The notes: generated by a model not told the origin, from the sequence alone. Positions 9,593 to 19,444 are shown, counted from the stretch's first letter. The stretch is 64,000 nt of DNA from Myxococcota bacterium (GCA_965250285.1 OZ252299.1:1696001-1760000), one strand, 5' to 3'. Made by a program: numbers and translations.

Positions 9593-10752
9593 CATCCGTG
9601 TCGGATGCCGAGGCCCTGATCGCCGCGTACGACTACGAACTGCCCGAAGAGCTGATCGCTCAGCATCCGCCCGAGCGGCGTGAGGCGGCGCGTCTGATGC
9701 GCGTCGACCGCGAGGCGGGTGCCCTGCGCGACGGCGAGGCGGGTGCCCTGCGCGACGGCGAGGCGTCGCGCGTCGACGATCTCGATCGCTGGCTCGAGCC
9801 CGGTGATCTGCTCGTGGTCAATGCCACGCGCGTGATCCCGGCCCGCCTGCGCGGCCGCAAGGCCAGTGGCGGTCGCTGCGAGGCGCTGCTGCTCGACCCG
9901 ACGCCGCACTTCGAAGCCGACGACACGCGACCCCGTTGGCGGGCGCTCGTGCGCAGCTCGGGCCGCCTGCGCGCGGGGCTGCGCTTCGAGTTCGGGCCCG
10001 CCCCTTCGGTGGCCGCCTGCGAGCTCGTCGCGGTCGAGGACGGCGGCATCGTCGTGCTCGCGTTCGAGGCCGAGGCCGACCCCCTCGCCCACGGCGAGGC
10101 ACCGCTCCCGCCGTACATCCGTCGGCCCGAGGACGAACTCGACGCCGAGCAGCGCCGCGCCGACCTCGAGCGCTACCAGACCGTGTACGCGCGCGCCCCG
10201 GGCGCGGTCGCTGCGCCCACGGCCGGGCTGCATCTCACCGACGCGCTGCTCGCGCGTCTCGCCGACCGTGGCGTCGGCTGCGAGGAGGTCGTGCTGCACG
10301 TCGGCATCGGTACGTTCCGACCGCTTCGACCCGAGGACGTCGAGGCGGGTCGTCTGCACACCGAGCCCTACGAGCTGCCCGAGAAGACGGCCGACGCCAT
10401 CGCGCGCACGCGCGCCGCGGGCGGGCGGGTCGTCGCGGTCGGGACGACGACGACCCGCGTGCTCGAACACTGCGCCGACGGGCATGGGGGCGTCCGGCCC
10501 GGCCACGGCGAAACCGAGCTGTTCCTCAAGCCCGGCGACGAGATTCGCGTCGTCGACGGCTTGCTCACCAACTTCCACCTGCCCGGCTCTTCGTTGCTGA
10601 TGCTCGTGGCGGCCTTCATCGGCTTCGACGCGATGCGCGCCGCCTACGCGCAGGCCGTCGAGGAGCGCTACCGGTTCTTCTCGTACGGGGACGCGATGCT
10701 GATCCTGCCCGGGCTGGCCGAGCGCAGCGCCGCCCTCAGGAGCGCGTCGTGA
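9589..10752 (+). CDS. queA: S-adenosylmethionine:tRNA ribosyltransferase-isomerase
   Basis: YDYELPEELIAQHP, NATRVIPARL, PLPPYI, YQTVYA, AAPTAGLH, TNFHLP and YRFFSYGDAM. Confidence 0.97.
   Translation: MTSVSDAEALIAAYDYELPEELIAQHPPERREAARLMRVDREAGALRDGEAGALRDGEASRVDDLDRWLEPGDLLVVNATRVIPARLRGRKASGGRCEALLLDPTPHFEADDTRPRWRALVRSSGRLRAGLRFEFGPAPSVAACELVAVEDGGIVVLAFEAEADPLAHGEAPLPPYIRRPEDELDAEQRRADLERYQTVYARAPGAVAAPTAGLHLTDALLARLADRGVGCEEVVLHVGIGTFRPLRPEDVEAGRLHTEPYELPEKTADAIARTRAAGGRVVAVGTTTTRVLEHCADGHGGVRPGHGETELFLKPGDEIRVVDGLLTNFHLPGSSLLMLVAAFIGFDAMRAAYAQAVEERYRFFSYGDAMLILPGLAERSAALRSAS
9711..9765 (+). repeat. In-frame 24-bp tandem duplication inside queA
   Basis: CGAGGCGGGTGCCCTGCGCGACGG occurs twice exactly, plus a partial third copy. 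It encodes EAGALRDG-EAGALRDG-EA. Confidence 0.9.
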
Positions 10753-11891
10753 GCGATTCACCGGCCCGGCTCGAGATCGTCGCGCGCGAAGGCGCCGCCC
10801 GGCGCGGCCGTCTGCATCTGCGCAGCGGGGCGATCGACACCCCCAACTTCATGCCCGTCGCGACGTTCGGCGCCGTGCGGGGCCTCTCGCCCGAGACGCT
10901 CCGAGGGCTCGGGGCGCAGATCCTGCTCTCGAACACGTATCACCTGCACGAGCGCCCGGGCGAGGACGTGGTCGGCGGGCTCGGCGGGCTGCACGGCTTC
11001 ACGGGCTGGGACGGGCCGTGGCTCACCGACAGTGGCGGGTTCCAGATCACGTCGCTGGCCGATCGCATGAAGATCGACGAGGGCGGGGTCACGTTCACCT
11101 CGCCTCTCGACGGCGCCCGCCGCAAGCTCAGCCCTGAGAGCGCGATCGGCATCCAGGAGAAGCTCGGCGCCGACATCGCCATGCTGCTCGACGAATGCCT
11201 GCCGCCGGTCGACGAGCACGGCGATGCCGCGACGCAGCGCCGCCGCATGGCGTCGGCGATGCAGCGCACGCTGCGCTGGGCCGAGCGGGCGAAGGAGGCC
11301 CGTCGACGCCCGGATCAGGCGGTCTTCGCGATCATCCAGGGCGGGGTCGACACGACGCTGCGCACCGAGAGCGCCGAAGCGACGCGCGCGCTCGGGTTCG
11401 ACGGACACGCGCATGGCGGTCTCGGGCTCGGCGAGAGCCGCGCCGCCCGCAGTGACATGATCGAGACGGCCCACGCCGCCCTGCCCGAGGCGCCGCCTCG
11501 CTACCTGATGGGGCTCGGCCGACCCGTCGACCTCCTTGACGGCATCGCCGCGGGCGTCGATCTGTTCGACTGCGTGGTGCCGACCCGCAACGGGCGCCAC
11601 GGCGTGCTCTTCACGAGCGAGGGGATCCTGCCGCTCAAGAGCGCGCGCTACGCCTCGGACGACCGGCCGATCGATCCCGCGTGCGACTGCCCCGCCTGCC
11701 GAGATCACTCCCGCGGCTACATTCGGCATCTCCTCAAGATCGGAGAATCGCTGGGAAGTCAGCTATGTGCGGCGCATAACCTCCGGCACTACCTGAGTTT
11801 GATGGAGCGCGCGCGGGCCGCGATCAGCGACGGATCGTTCGAGGCGCTTCGACGCCAGGTCGAGGCGACGAGCGAGCGGCGGCTCGAGTAG
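10749..11891 (+). CDS. tgt: Queuine tRNA-ribosyltransferase (tRNA-guanine transglycosylase)
   Basis: TPNFMPV, NTYHL, DSGGFQ, PRYLMG, FDCVVPTRNGRHG and Zn motif CDCPAC...HN. GTGA overlap with queA. Confidence 0.96.
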   Translation: MSDSPARLEIVAREGAARRGRLHLRSGAIDTPNFMPVATFGAVRGLSPETLRGLGAQILLSNTYHLHERPGEDVVGGLGGLHGFTGWDGPWLTDSGGFQITSLADRMKIDEGGVTFTSPLDGARRKLSPESAIGIQEKLGADIAMLLDECLPPVDEHGDAATQRRRMASAMQRTLRWAERAKEARRRPDQAVFAIIQGGVDTTLRTESAEATRALGFDGHAHGGLGLGESRAARSDMIETAHAALPEAPPRYLMGLGRPVDLLDGIAAGVDLFDCVVPTRNGRHGVLFTSEGILPLKSARYASDDRPIDPACDCPACRDHSRGYIRHLLKIGESLGSQLCAAHNLRHYLSLMERARAAISDGSFEALRRQVEATSERRLE

Positions 11892-11958
11892 CGGCCCCAC
11901 CCCGCCCCAGCTTGCTCGGAGCGTGCGATCGCAGATCCACTTCCGATCGAACGCATGC

Positions 11959-11986
11959 TCAAGACGCCCTTCTGCCGGGCCGATGC
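11959..11986 (+). promoter_or_regulatory. Putative sigma28 (FliA)-type promoter for the MCP gene
   Basis: TCAAG-N15-GCCGATGC ending ~27 nt upstream of ATG 12013. Confidence 0.5.
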
Positions 11987-12012
11987 GTGTGGGCGAAGTG
12001 GAGCCGCACCGC

Positions 12013-13761
12013 ATGCAGCAATCCCATGAACGAGACCTCCGCGCCTCTCTCGCCCGTCTGTCGCTGACGTCGGGGGTCGGGACCGGTGCGGGTGCGTTCC
12101 TGTGCGGGGGCACGGCCTGGGCGCTCGCGAGCGCGACCGGCCTGGCGTGGCTCGCGCTGCTCTGGCTCGCGCTCTCGTGCGCCGCGCTCGGCGCCTGGAG
12201 CCACTGGCAGTCGGTGCGAAGCCAGACGCGGTCGCGGGCCGTATCGAACGTCGTCGAAGGCCTCGGTGAGCACGGTCGACTCGCGGGCCTCGATGTCGAC
12301 GCGCTGCGCGAGATGGGCGATTCGGGCGCCGCGGCGGCCGCGCTCTACGCCGAGCTCGAAGACGTCTCGTCGCGGGTCATCGGCACGATCGAGCGGGTCG
12401 AGGCGCTCCCCGAGCGACTCGACGGGGCGATCGGCCAGATCGCCGAGAGCGCCGGCGCTCAGGAGGAGGCCGTCGAAGAGGCCGCCTCGCTCATGGCCAA
12501 CATCAAGAGCTCGATGAAGAACATCACCGACCGCGTTTCGCAGCTCGAGCGCTCGGCGGAGGAGTCGGCGTCTTCGATTCTCGAGATGGGCAGCTCCGTC
12601 GACGAAGTGGCCCGCAATGCCGCCTCGCTGCACGAGAGCGTCGAAGCCAGCACGTCCTCCGTCCACGAGATGGGCGCCTCGATCCGCCAGGTGGCGGCCG
12701 GCGCCGGTGAGGTGGAGCGCATCGCCGAGGAGACGGCGGGCTCGATGCTCGAGATGGACCGGGTCGTGCAAGAGATCACGGCCAATGCCCGCGAGGCCGC
12801 GCAACTGACCGCCAAGGTGAGTCAGGGGGCCGAGCGCGGCGGCGACGCCGTCGGCGAGACGATCGAGGACATCAAGGCGATCCACGGCCGCACCGAGGAC
12901 GCCCGCGAGGGCCTCGCGACGCTCGTGAATCGCATCGACGAGATCGCCGGCATCCTCGGCGTGATCCGCGAGATCAATGACGAGACGAACCTGCTCTCGC
13001 TGAACGCCGCCATCATCGCCGCCCAGGCGGGTGAGCAGGGCAAGGCGTTCCTCGTCGTCGCGAACCACGTGAAGACCCTGGCCCGGCGGACCGCAGCCAG
13101 TACCCAGGACATCGAGCGGCTGATCTTCGACGTCCAGAAGGAGTCGGTCGCTGCCGTCGAGGCGATGAATGCGGGCGTCGATGTCATCGAGACGGGCGTC
13201 GCGCGCTCGTCCATCGCCGGGGACGCCCTGCAGATGATTCGCGACTCGGCCCGCGAGGCCAGCGAGCGCGTCGAAGGCATCGCCCGCTCGACCGACGAGC
13301 AGGCGCGTGCTTCGAAGCTCGTGGCCAACGCGGCGCAGGAGACTTCGAGCCAGGTGCGCCAAATCTCCCAGGCGATGGGCGAGCAGAGCAAGGTCAGCGA
13401 GCAGATGCTGCAGTCGAGCGAAGCGGCGCTCGAGATGTGCCGCCACGTGCACCGCTCCACCGACGAGCAGCGCGACACCGGGCGCTACATCACCGATGCG
13501 ATCGCGAACATCACCGAGATGATCCGCGTGATTCGCGAGCACACGGGCAACCACTCGACGGCCAGCGACGCGGTGCGCGACTCGGTGATGCGACTGCTGG
13601 AGAACGCTCAGCGCAGCGCCGAGCGAGTGCCCGAGATCGGTGAGATGCTCGCGGAGCTGCGCGACGGTGCGCAGGACATCATCGGCGAGCTGTCGCGCTT
13701 CGGCGACGAAGAGCCCGGCGCCGGAGACGCGCCCGAGCCCGGATCGCCTGCCGAGGCGTAG
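12013..13761 (+). CDS. Methyl-accepting chemotaxis protein (long signalling coiled coil, no obvious periplasmic sensor)
   Basis: Hairpin-tip motif INDETNLLSLNAAIIAAQAGEQGKAFLVVANHVKTLA. Two N-terminal hydrophobic segments lie close together. Confidence 0.9.
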   Translation: MQQSHERDLRASLARLSLTSGVGTGAGAFLCGGTAWALASATGLAWLALLWLALSCAALGAWSHWQSVRSQTRSRAVSNVVEGLGEHGRLAGLDVDALREMGDSGAAAAALYAELEDVSSRVIGTIERVEALPERLDGAIGQIAESAGAQEEAVEEAASLMANIKSSMKNITDRVSQLERSAEESASSILEMGSSVDEVARNAASLHESVEASTSSVHEMGASIRQVAAGAGEVERIAEETAGSMLEMDRVVQEITANAREAAQLTAKVSQGAERGGDAVGETIEDIKAIHGRTEDAREGLATLVNRIDEIAGILGVIREINDETNLLSLNAAIIAAQAGEQGKAFLVVANHVKTLARRTAASTQDIERLIFDVQKESVAAVEAMNAGVDVIETGVARSSIAGDALQMIRDSAREASERVEGIARSTDEQARASKLVANAAQETSSQVRQISQAMGEQSKVSEQMLQSSEAALEMCRHVHRSTDEQRDTGRYITDAIANITEMIRVIREHTGNHSTASDAVRDSVMRLLENAQRSAERVPEIGEMLAELRDGAQDIIGELSRFGDEEPGAGDAPEPGSPAEA

Positions 13762-13788
13762 CGCCGCGCTGGTGGGCCGAGCACCGCG

Positions 13789-14748
13789 CTACTCGAACGC
13801 CCCTGCCCCTTCGAACGCCACCACGAGCCCGGCCCAGTCCGCCAGGGTGTCGGCCAGCTGCGCCGGTTCGATCCGCATGTACGGCGCCTGATGGGGCCAG
13901 ACGAGCTCGCGCACACGCGCACGCACCGGGTCGAGCACGAGCGCGTCACCGGCGGCGACGACGATGGTGCCCAGCGCGACGACCTCCGGTGCGAGGGCAA
14001 AGGCCAGCCAGGCGATCGCGTGAGCGAGGTGACCGTTGAAGGTGTCGAGCTCGCGCAGCGCATAGGCGTCGCCCGCCCGGGCCGCATCGAGGAGGTGCCG
14101 GGTGGTGATGTGCTCGCGGCCGCCGGCCAGCGTCGTCACCGCGCTGTCGGCGGGAGCCTCGACGCGGAGGCGCGCGGCCCAGGCCGCTCCCCCGACATAC
14201 GCCTCGAGGCAGCCGTGCAGGCCGCAGGCGCAGGTCGCGCCACCGGCGACCAGGGGGACGTGGCCCAGCTCGCCGGCGGTGCCCATTCGGCCTCGATGCA
14301 GCCGGCCGCCGAGGATCAGACCGCCGCCCACCCCCGTCGACATCGTGAGGTAGACGAAATCCTGGGTGCCCCGGCCGGCGCCCATCCGCCATTCGGCGAG
14401 GGCCGCCGCATTGGCGTCGTTCTCGAGGTGCACCGCGCAGCCGAAGGCCTCCTCGATCCAGGCCCGCAGCGGCACCTCCCCCCACCCGCGCAGATTCGGT
14501 GGATGCATCACCCGCCCGCTCGCTGCATCGATCGGGCCGGGAACGGACAGGCCAATGTCGGTCAGATCGGCCCGGCTTCGACCCGCGTCTGCGAGGAGCG
14601 CGTCGATCTGGCCGACGATCGCGTCGAAGTCGCTGCGCGGCTCACCGGTATCGGGCGTGGGATGCCGCGCAGTGGCGTCGAGCGCATCGAGCCCCTCCGC
14701 GAGGGCCAGCGCGATCTTGGTCCCGCCGATGTCGATGCCGAGCCGCAC
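13789..14748 (-). CDS. ROK-family sugar kinase (glucokinase-like)
   Basis: GIDIGGTK, ENDANAAALAE, STGVGGG, GELGH and CACGLHGCLEAY. GTG 14748 follows GAGGAGG. Confidence 0.93.
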   Translation of the reverse strand: MRLGIDIGGTKIALALAEGLDALDATARHPTPDTGEPRSDFDAIVGQIDALLADAGRSRADLTDIGLSVPGPIDAASGRVMHPPNLRGWGEVPLRAWIEEAFGCAVHLENDANAAALAEWRMGAGRGTQDFVYLTMSTGVGGGLILGGRLHRGRMGTAGELGHVPLVAGGATCACGLHGCLEAYVGGAAWAARLRVEAPADSAVTTLAGGREHITTRHLLDAARAGDAYALRELDTFNGHLAHAIAWLAFALAPEVVALGTIVVAAGDALVLDPVRARVRELVWPHQAPYMRIEPAQLADTLADWAGLVVAFEGAGAFE

Positions 14749-14898
14749 GCTGCGCCCGCCCTCCTCGCTGCCTTCTTCGCGCCGCTTCCAGGCGGGCTGC
14801 ATTCGCTGCCATGTCACCGAAAAACCGAGTAGGTGCGGTGGCTTCGGTGATCTGCGTCGCCCAGCTCCCGGACGCGGCGCACGATATCACAGGCCGGT

Positions 14899-14926
14899 TT
14901 CAGTCCTCGGCCCTTCCTGCCGATGA
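14899..14926 (+). promoter_or_regulatory. Putative sigma28-type promoter for the lipoprotein/receiver-PilZ unit
   Basis: TTCAG-N15-GCCGATGA, with the same spacing as the site upstream of the MCP. Confidence 0.4.
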
Positions 14927-14998
14927 AAAGGCCCGTGAAGACCGATGTCTTCGCCGATAGATGCCGCCCACCCGCCGCGGGGGCCGCACGAGGAGGGA

Positions 14999-15454
14999 AT
15001 GATGCGAATGGTCTGGCTGCGCCGCGCCCTGGTGGCGATCACCACTCTGACCGTGATCTCGAGCTTCGGCTGCGCCTTCGGTGAGTTCCGACCGGACGAT
15101 CCGTTCAAGCGCCAGTACAGCCTCGAGCTCGCCCAGAAGCGGTACTCCGATCTCGTGCGCTGGTCGAAGTTCGAGGAGGCCGCCCTCTTCGTCGAAGCCG
15201 AGGAGCGCGAGGCCTATCGCAACCGCATGCCCGACTTTCGCGAGGTGCGCTTCACCGAGCACGAGACCGCACCCTGGATGCTCGACGAGGAGATGCGCAA
15301 CGTCGTGATCGAGGTGACGTACCGCGGCTACTCGATGCGCACGCCCATCGAGCTCGAGGTGCACGAGACGCAGACCTGGAGCCGCGAGGGCAAGGGCAAC
15401 GACTGGAAGGTCGTCTCCGAGTTCAAGGATCTGGATCGGCTCGCGAGCAACTGA
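14999..15454 (+). CDS. Hypothetical lipoprotein
   Basis: GAGGAGG RBS and a signal peptide ending SFGC. Confidence 0.75.
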   Translation: MMRMVWLRRALVAITTLTVISSFGCAFGEFRPDDPFKRQYSLELAQKRYSDLVRWSKFEEAALFVEAEEREAYRNRMPDFREVRFTEHETAPWMLDEEMRNVVIEVTYRGYSMRTPIELEVHETQTWSREGKGNDWKVVSEFKDLDRLASN

Positions 15455-15591
15455 GCTCGGCCGACGCGACTCGTCGCGAGAGGCAACGCATGCGTGATGC
15501 CAAGACGATCCTCACCGGCTCGCGGAGGGCCGAGCTCGGCCGACGCGACTCGTCGCGAGAGGCAGCCCGTGCGTGACGCCAAGACGATCCT
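15453..15591 (+). repeat. 60-bp imperfect direct repeat (79-bp period) duplicating the start of the receiver-PilZ gene
   Basis: GAGCTCGGCCGACGCGACTCGTCGCGAGAGGCA...GCGTGA(T/C)GCCAAGACGATCCT at 15453-15512 and 15532-15591. Confidence 0.9.
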
Positions 15592-16303
15592 GGTCGTGGA
15601 TGACGTCGCGATGTTTCGCGAGCTCGCTTCGGTGTTTCTCGCGCGCACCGCGCGGGTGCGCGCCGTCGCGAGCGCCGATGAGGCGATCGACGTGCTGCGC
15701 AGTGAGACGATCGACCTCGTCGTCGCCGACCTGCACATGCCCGAGTTCGACGGCGCCGCGCTGTGTCAGCACATCAAGAACGACCCGGCACTGGCCCAGA
15801 CGCCGGTCGTGCTGCTGCTGCGTGCGGGCGACGAAGCCGATCGGCGGCGCGCGGTCGCGGCGGGCGCCGACGACATGCTGTGCAAGCCGCTGCTGCGAGA
15901 GCAGCTGATCTCGGCGACCCGGCACTTCCTCGAGAGTGGACTCACGCGGGGCCTGCCCCGCGTCGACGTGCAGACCCCCGTGCGGATGCGGACGACGCTC
16001 GTTCAGAGCTGGGGCACAGCCCGCAACATTTCGCGCGGCGGCATGCTCGTCGAGACCGACTGCGAGTTCATCCCCAAGACCGAGCTCGAGCTCGACTTCA
16101 TGCTGCCGACCAGTCGTCAGCAGATGAAGCCGCTCGCGCAGGTGGTCTGGAGTCACGAATCGGACGACCTCCGCATCACGAGCCACGGCCTGCGCTTCCT
16201 GCAGGTCGACGAGAACACGATGCGCGAGCTCGACGACTTCATCGTTCACCATGCTCCGACTTCGGTCAGTGATGCCGGCGGAGCCCTGGAGGAGACGGCA
16301 TGA
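15569..16303 (+). CDS. Response regulator receiver + PilZ (c-di-GMP-binding) protein
   Basis: ILVVDD, ADLHMPEFDG and LCKP mark the receiver. RGLPR and NISRGG are the PilZ motifs. Confidence 0.88.
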   Translation: MRDAKTILVVDDVAMFRELASVFLARTARVRAVASADEAIDVLRSETIDLVVADLHMPEFDGAALCQHIKNDPALAQTPVVLLLRAGDEADRRRAVAAGADDMLCKPLLREQLISATRHFLESGLTRGLPRVDVQTPVRMRTTLVQSWGTARNISRGGMLVETDCEFIPKTELELDFMLPTSRQQMKPLAQVVWSHESDDLRITSHGLRFLQVDENTMRELDDFIVHHAPTSVSDAGGALEETA

Positions 16304-16686
16304 GCCCGACCCGAACCCGAATCGATCCCGTGACCCTCGCCGTGCGTGTTCTGGCGGCCGTGCTGCTGATCAGCGTGTGGGGGGTCGTCGTCACCCGCGA
16401 AGCGCCGGCGCAGGACGAAGCCGACCGCGACTACTGGGTGCATCGCTACGAGACGCTCCAGACCGAGGTGATGGATCTGCGCACGCGCGTCGACATGCTG
16501 ACCGAGCAGTACACCCGGGCGAAGCGACGCAACTATCCGCGCGGCGAGCGACTCGATCAGCTCCGAATGGACCTCGACGAGTCGCGGGCCGAGCTGGCGA
16601 AGAAGGAAGCCGAGTGGAAGGCGTTCCCGAACGAAGCGCGGCGTGCCGGTGCGATGCCGGGATGGTTCCGAGACGTCCAGCCCTAG
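16300..16686 (+). CDS. Hypothetical exported coiled-coil protein
   Basis: GGAGGAG RBS, ATGA overlap, N-terminal TM and C-terminal ARRAGAMPGWFR. Confidence 0.7.
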   Translation: MSPTRTRIDPVTLAVRVLAAVLLISVWGVVVTREAPAQDEADRDYWVHRYETLQTEVMDLRTRVDMLTEQYTRAKRRNYPRGERLDQLRMDLDESRAELAKKEAEWKAFPNEARRAGAMPGWFRDVQP

Positions 16687-16996
16687 CCGCTGCGCTCGAC
16701 GTCGGCGGGACCGACGTGCGGGCGCGCCCCCGGCCGATTCGCCGGGGCCGATCTCGCCAGGGCCTGCTCGCCCTCGCTCGACCGAACCGATCGCTCGGTG
16801 CGCGCCCCATGGAGGCGCCGTTCGGTCGGTGCTCGCATCGAGCACCGGGGACACCCGCATCGTTTGTCCCGGGCACTCCAAACCGTGATCCCAAGAACAC
16901 GGCGAGGAGATCATTCCCTCCGCGCCCCGCCGAAGACCGGGGAACCGGACGTCGGCGAGGCACGCAGGGCGTTACGAACCTGCTCCGCGACCTGGA

Positions 16997-17584
16997 CTAG
17001 CGGAGCACATCCTCTTCGGCCTGACCGGTGGCAGTCGAGCCCGCCCAGCTGCGCTGGTTGAGCTGTCCCTTGTTCACGTAGACGACCTTGCCGTCCTGCT
17101 TCACGACCGTGATGGTGCGGGTCGCGAGGCTGTTCTCAGGACGAACACGGACCGTCTTCATGACCATGGGGCCACCTTCAGCCCCGGCGCCGGTCGCGGG
17201 GAGCTGCACACGCGTGCCGCCCCCGTAGCGTCCGTTGCCAACGCTGATCGCACGCCCGTCGAACCCGGTTGCCCGAGCCGTCTGGGCGTCAGCCGAGGGA
17301 CCCGAAACCGGGTCCTGGAGCGAGGTCTTCTGCTCCGCAAGAAGATCGGTCTTGCCCGAAGGCGTGAACCGGGGGTAGCCCGCAAGCTTCCCCATCTCCT
17401 TGGTCTTGGCCGACAGTCGATACTTCGCGGGAATGCGCTTGCGCTCGTCGGTGAACGAGAGCGTGCCTTCATCGGTCTCCCAGGTGTAGACCGTGTCGGC
17501 GATGCTCGGGCTCGCGAGCCCGAAGCAAAGCAGCGCACCCAGCACGAAGCTCGGCCAGCGGCCTTGCCTGCCGAACAACAGCAT
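16997..17584 (-). CDS. DUF4124-like exported protein
   Basis: Signal peptide followed by VYTWETDEGTLSFTD..IP. GAGGAGG RBS. Confidence 0.7.
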   Translation of the reverse strand: MLLFGRQGRWPSFVLGALLCFGLASPSIADTVYTWETDEGTLSFTDERKRIPAKYRLSAKTKEMGKLAGYPRFTPSGKTDLLAEQKTSLQDPVSGPSADAQTARATGFDGRAISVGNGRYGGGTRVQLPATGAGAEGGPMVMKTVRVRPENSLATRTITVVKQDGKVVYVNKGQLNQRSWAGSTATGQAEEDVLR

Positions 17585-17774
17585 GTCGTGCCTCCTCTGC
17601 ACATGATGTGGTGCGAAGACCCCGAAAAGCGCATGCTGCCGGTGGGCTGCACGTGCAGCTCGCGCCGGACCGGGTCGCTGCGACTCGCGATTCGCGGCGC
17701 CCGGCGGCTCGCAATTTCTTGCACCCCCTGCGGCCGTGAGCGGCGCGGAGACGCGCGCTCGGTAGACTCGCGGA

Positions 17775-18284
17775 ATGCTTAGAACGACGTTCCGACGCAT
17801 CGCCCGAAGGCCGCTCGGCGCGCTGGGCGCCTCGTTCGCGATCGCCCTCGCCTCAGGGTGCGGCTCGGGTGACGAGACCGAGCCCGCGACCGCCGCCACG
17901 GCCTCGCCCGAGACCGCGGCGCCGACCGAAGCCGCCGACGCAACGCAAGACGGCCTGTTGCCGACCGAGGCCGGCCGCTACCGCGTGGGGCTGCGACCGC
18001 GGGGCGGCGACGCGCCCATCGGGGCGCTGCACGAGTGGGTGGTCACGGTCGAGCGCGCCGACGGCACCCCGTTCACGCCCCAGCGCATCCTCGTCGACGG
18101 CGGCATGCCCCAGCACGGCCACGGCTTCATCACGCAGCCGCGCGTGACCCGCGCGCTGTCGCCCAACTCGTTCCTGATCGAGGGGATGAAGTTCCACATG
18201 GGGGGCGACTGGGTGCTGCGCGTCGACCTCGTCGGCGAAGACGGACCCGACACGGTCACGATGGACGTGCACGTCGCGCCCTGA
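17775..18284 (+). CDS. YtkA/FixH-like lipoprotein with His/Met metal motif
   Basis: Lipobox ASGC, then VDGGMPQHGHG and GMKFHMGGDW. Confidence 0.7.
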   Translation: MLRTTFRRIARRPLGALGASFAIALASGCGSGDETEPATAATASPETAAPTEAADATQDGLLPTEAGRYRVGLRPRGGDAPIGALHEWVVTVERADGTPFTPQRILVDGGMPQHGHGFITQPRVTRALSPNSFLIEGMKFHMGGDWVLRVDLVGEDGPDTVTMDVHVAP

Positions 18285-18454
18285 GCGGGCCGTTTCAGGC
18301 CCGGCGGAACGCCCCCCCGCCCGCCCGCCGCGCGCATCACCTCCCGGCCTCCGGGGGCCACACACCCGGGACGCGACGTGTGCCGCGAAGAGGCCGGCTC
18401 GCGGCTTCGGCTACCTTCGCGCGGTCCGTTCGCTGCGCGGGAGACCCACTCACC

Positions 18455-19375
18455 ATGGACGCCTTGAACGCCCTCTCCGTCGACCTCGAGGAGTACTTCC
18501 AGGTCTCGAACTTTGACGGCGTGATCCCGCGTGACAGCTGGGACGGTCTCGATTCGCGCGTCGGCGACGCGACCCGCCGGCTGCTCGACCTCTTCGAGCG
18601 CACCGGCAGTCGATCGACGTTCTTCGTGCTCGGGTGGGTGGCCGAACGACAGCCGGCGCTGGTGCGCGAGGTGGCCGACCGCGGCCACGAGATCGCGTGC
18701 CACGGCTACGGTCACGAGCTGGTGTACGAGATCGGTCCCGAGCGCTTTCGCGAGGACCTGACGCGCGCGCGCCAGGCGATCGAAGACGCGGTGGGCGCGC
18801 CGGTGCGCGGCTATCGCGCGCCCAGCTACTCGATCACGCACCGCTCGCTGTGGGCGCTCGAGACGCTGGCCGAGCTCGGCTTTGAGTACGACTCGTCGAT
18901 CTTCCCGATCCGGCATCACCGCTATGGCATCCCCGAGTTCGAGCGCGTGCCGGTGCGCGTGCGCCTGCCGAGCGGTGCTCGCATCACCGAGTTTCCGCTC
19001 TCCACCCTGCGCATGTTCGGCGGCAACTTCCCGATTGCCGGCGGTGCGTATCTGCGCTTCCTGCCCGGCCTGCTCTTTCGCATGGGCTTCGGGCAGCTGA
19101 TCCGCGCGGGCCAGCCGACGGTGCTCTATCTGCATCCGTGGGAGATCGACGCGGGGCAGCCGGTGCAGGACGTCTCGCGCAAGGTCCGCATCAACCACTA
19201 CTACAACCTTGCGCGGATGGAGTCGAAGCTCGCGGCGCTGGTCGAGCGCCATCCGTTCACGTCGCTGCACGCTGTGCTCGAAGGTCTCGAGGCGGCGGGG
19301 CGATTGCCCGAGCGGCCGCTCGAGGCGATGGTGGGTGGGCTGGGCGAAGCCGAGATCCATCAGTCGGCCGCGTGA
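18455..19375 (+). CDS. Polysaccharide deacetylase, PEP-CTERM/XrtA-locus type (DUF3473)
   Basis: NALSVDLEEYFQV, TFFVLGWVAE, HEIACHGYGH, GYRAPSYS, YDSSIFP, GGAYLR and YLHPWEID. Confidence 0.9.
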   Translation: MDALNALSVDLEEYFQVSNFDGVIPRDSWDGLDSRVGDATRRLLDLFERTGSRSTFFVLGWVAERQPALVREVADRGHEIACHGYGHELVYEIGPERFREDLTRARQAIEDAVGAPVRGYRAPSYSITHRSLWALETLAELGFEYDSSIFPIRHHRYGIPEFERVPVRVRLPSGARITEFPLSTLRMFGGNFPIAGGAYLRFLPGLLFRMGFGQLIRAGQPTVLYLHPWEIDAGQPVQDVSRKVRINHYYNLARMESKLAALVERHPFTSLHAVLEGLEAAGRLPERPLEAMVGGLGEAEIHQSAA

Positions 19376-19444
19376 CTGCGAAGCCGTCGGTTTCGCCGGG
19401 GAGCGCGGTCGCGTCGGTTGCGTGCTGCGCTTGATGGGTCGGCG

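Noticed and set aside
10749..11891. tgt as a DpdA-type DNA-modifying or queuine-salvage variant
   Set aside because: It is coupled to queA and has the usual bacterial motifs and Zn site. No dpd genes are nearby.
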